DNA of 64,000 nt from positions 1 through 64,000 of the forward strand of contig JBNKBE010000005.1 in assembly GCA_050287085.1 (NCBI GenBank), read 5' to 3'. Made by a program: the position numbers and the translations under genes. Under the pieces are notes generated by a model. It searched no databases and was not told the DNA's origin. It worked only from the letters and a program-made list of their open reading frames with translations. Within the stretch, counting starts at the first letter, position 1. Each line of letters starts with the position of its first letter. Below, in pieces: positions 62,813 to 64,000 of this stretch. The DNA is from Polyangiaceae bacterium. GTDB taxonomy: Bacteria; Myxococcota_A; Polyangia; Polyangiales; Polyangiaceae.

Positions 62813-64000
62813 GGTGCTTTCTCCTCAAAGCGGTAGCGAAACTGATCTGTGCGCGTCAGGCCGACGATGAGATCATCTAGCCGGTAGCCCCGACGCGAGA
62901 ATTCCGTCTGCAACTGGTCGAGACTGGTCGCGTCTGCCGCATCCGGTGGGCGACCGAAGAAGAAGTGAAACGCCTTTTCTACCGCACAGCGACGAGCCAA
63001 CGCGCTGGTCGCCAAAGTCTCCGCGAAGTCGCTGAGCGAATCGTAGCGACCGTCAAGCTCCCCGAGACCTGTGAGTGTGGCTCTCACGTCGACAGATTGC
63101 CCAAGCTCGTCCTCCGTACGCATGCGTCCCACGGCGTCAAAGCCTTCGAATAACGCACCTAGCGGGTCGATCACAGCGTGACAGCCCCGGCACGCCGGCG
63201 CCTTCCGATGTGCCTCGAGCCGCTCACGCTGGGAGACCCCCGGCTCGGGCTCTGGCAGAGTGAAGTTCGCGTTCTCCGGAGGAGGCGGGGGTGGCGTACA
63301 CAAGACGTCTGTGCGGAGCCGTACTCCGCGGCGAACGATCGACGTACGATCAGCGCGATCTAGAGCGATCAGCATACCCTGCGTCAAGACGCCACTGCGC
63401 CCTGGGGCTGCCAGCCTCTCAAAAGCGTCGCCGGCTGGGATCTCCTGCAGCGCATAGTGTTGTGCCAAACGGCGGTTGGCAAAGGTATAGGGCGCGGTAT
63501 AGAGCTCTTCCAACGTCCCCCCGCCAGCCAGCAGGTTCAAGACGAATTGGCGCGCTTCAACCTGCATGAGAGTCGGTAGTTCCGCCGGCAGGTTCGGATA
63601 ATACGTGTCGTCGCGCACCAGCCCCGGAAGCTCGTCGAGCCCGAGCCACTGTTCGAAGAACTCATAGACGCGCAGGCTCTTCGCATCCCCGAGCATCCGC
63701 CGAACCTGCTCGCTGATATCCCCCTCGGTCTCGAGCTCACCCTCGGCCGCCGCATCGAGCAGGACCTGATCTGGAGCGCCTTGCCACAGTAGGTAGGCGA
63801 GTCTCGTGGCAAGCTCGAAAGCGCGCACCGTTTCGACTTCGTCCACCGGCAACTCAATGCGAAAGAGAAAGGGCGCCGCCGCAAGCAATCCCGTGGTCAT
63901 CCAGGTGAGCGCGCCGCGAAAGGTACTGGTTGCCTGCGCCCCCAGAGCGTATAGCTCGACCATCTGTTCCCGCTCCGCTCGGCTTAGCGGTCTTCGAAAC
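62809..64000 (-). CDS. Third DUF1592-type haem-c protein, 5' end outside the window
   Basis: FLFRIE, FELATRLAYLLWQGAPD, RTSIVRRG, CRGCH, FEGFDAVGR. Confidence 0.88.
   Translation of the reverse strand, partial: FRRPLSRAEREQMVELYALGAQATSTFRGALTWMTTGLLAAAPFLFRIELPVDEVETVRAFELATRLAYLLWQGAPDQVLLDAAAEGELETEGDISEQVRRMLGDAKSLRVYEFFEQWLGLDELPGLVRDDTYYPNLPAELPTLMQVEARQFVLNLLAGGGTLEELYTAPYTFANRRLAQHYALQEIPAGDAFERLAAPGRSGVLTQGMLIALDRADRTSIVRRGVRLRTDVLCTPPPPPPENANFTLPEPEPGVSQRERLEAHRKAPACRGCHAVIDPLGALFEGFDAVGRMRTEDELGQSVDVRATLTGLGELDGRYDSLSDFAETLATSALARRCAVEKAFHFFFGRPPDAADATSLDQLQTEFSRRGYRLDDLIVGLTRTDQFRYRFEEKAP

Overview
GC-rich bacterial chromosomal window, most consistent with a myxobacterium (Myxococcota, Polyangiales-like). 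This is inferred from gene content: DUF1592/DUF1552 pairs, Cys-rich lipoproteins, a Ser/Thr kinase, FHA and PilZ proteins, and alternative complex III. Housekeeping content: folD, a 13-kb alternative complex III plus caa3-type (A2) cytochrome oxidase operon, rpmI-rplT-pheS (without infC or pheT), sucC-sucD-ndk, dapD, tsaD, aguB-aguA, and wcaJ- and TagA-type polysaccharide genes. Accessory content: (1) a tightly coupled CotH kinase - VTC polyphosphate polymerase - DUF4956 - beta-barrel operon, the best candidate for an uncharacterised system (possible polyphosphate export feeding an extracytoplasmic kinase); (2) three divergent haem-c DUF1592 / Tat-exported DUF1552 pairs; (3) a pdo-DUF1641-sqr sulfide-oxidation operon behind a sigma54-type promoter; (4) a sigma70-family gene with a natural Q-to-H change in region 2.4, also behind a sigma54-type promoter; (5) a pseudo-receiver LuxR regulator; (6) a knottin-like lipoprotein; (7) two genes apparently broken by deletion or frameshift; (8) several short tandem duplications; (9) several probable leaderless promoters. 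No rRNA, tRNA, CRISPR array or transposase was seen. All calls come from reading motifs by eye; no database searches were run, and several start codons are my estimates.
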